Part shown: positions 63,705-64,000 of the stretch, piece after piece
How positions within the stretch are numbered: the stretch's first letter is position 1
Layout of the letters: each line of letters begins with the position of its first letter
Virus record (IMG/VR): IMGVR_UViG_3300050821_006637
Coordinates: 25,067 to 89,066 of that record
Strand: one strand, 5' to 3'
Source of the DNA: a virus
DNA length: 64,000 bases
Translations under genes and position numbers: made by a program
The notes under the pieces: generated by a model
Seen by the model: the letters and a program-made list of their open reading frames with translations, nothing else
Databases searched by the model: none
What the model was told of the DNA's origin: nothing

Positions 63705-63879
63705 CAGCGATGAGGAACAATTCCCACATAGTTTCAGCTGCTTTCAAAGCTTCCTGGTCTTCCACTACGCCATCAAGGGCGTGCCACTTGGGAACGGAAA
63801 TGGTGACGGCTTCTTTATTAGGAAAAATTACGAAGTAATTCGTTGGGATGAGAGGGTGGTAGTCGGCTTCCCTCATCAA
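63664..63879 (-). CDS. Hypothetical protein
   Basis: Small ORF in the minus-strand run. Confidence 0.4.
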   Translation of the reverse strand: MMREADYHPLIPTNYFVIFPNKEAVTISVPKWHALDGVVEDQEALKAAETMWELFLIAGEGDKNEQESPSK

Positions 63880-64000
63880 AGTAAGGTCTTTATACTTTTC
63901 ACTAGTTATCAGTTGTGGGACTGACAGAAAGACTCACCCCCTTTTTCGATTCATCTAAGTTTTGTAAGATAAGTAGAATATCCTTCGGTTTTACAGCACG

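Noticed and set aside
1-64000. Stop-codon reassignment, as in some large phages
   Set aside because: The standard code gives dense, full-length genes, and all three stops end conserved proteins.

Overview
64 kb of a large tailed dsDNA phage (HK97-fold capsid, no sheath gene seen, so siphovirus-like). The host is probably a Planctomycete, inferred from a ClpC N-domain and a Gemmata-type protein. 1-11.9 kb: sugar/methyl modification genes (GT2, B12-radical SAM, intein-containing UDP-glucose dehydrogenase, FkbM and a three-domain SAM methyltransferase). 11.9-31.5 kb: two giant multidomain polyproteins, each ending in a kinase and followed by a small related partner gene, then a 1947-aa prohead protease-scaffold and the major capsid protein. 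31.6-50.6 kb: cement paralogues, neck, a Ser-Gly repeat fibre, two tail-tube paralogues (the first split by an unannotated 270-nt group I intron), a -1 frameshifted tail chaperone, tape measure, tail tip and an M14 peptidase. 50.6-64 kb (mostly minus strand): small membrane-protein paralogues, a sigma factor, two tRNAs, a split SbcC with SbcD, a ClpC-NTD protein and thyX. Best candidates for new biology: (i) capsid-cargo effector polyproteins punctuated by Lys|[SAGDH][LM] sites like the MCP maturation site, one carrying a copy of the predicted mature MCP N-terminus; (ii) a Ser-Gly bias shared by unrelated virion surface proteins, in a genome with its own glycosylation enzymes. All domain calls are by eye from motifs; no searches were run.
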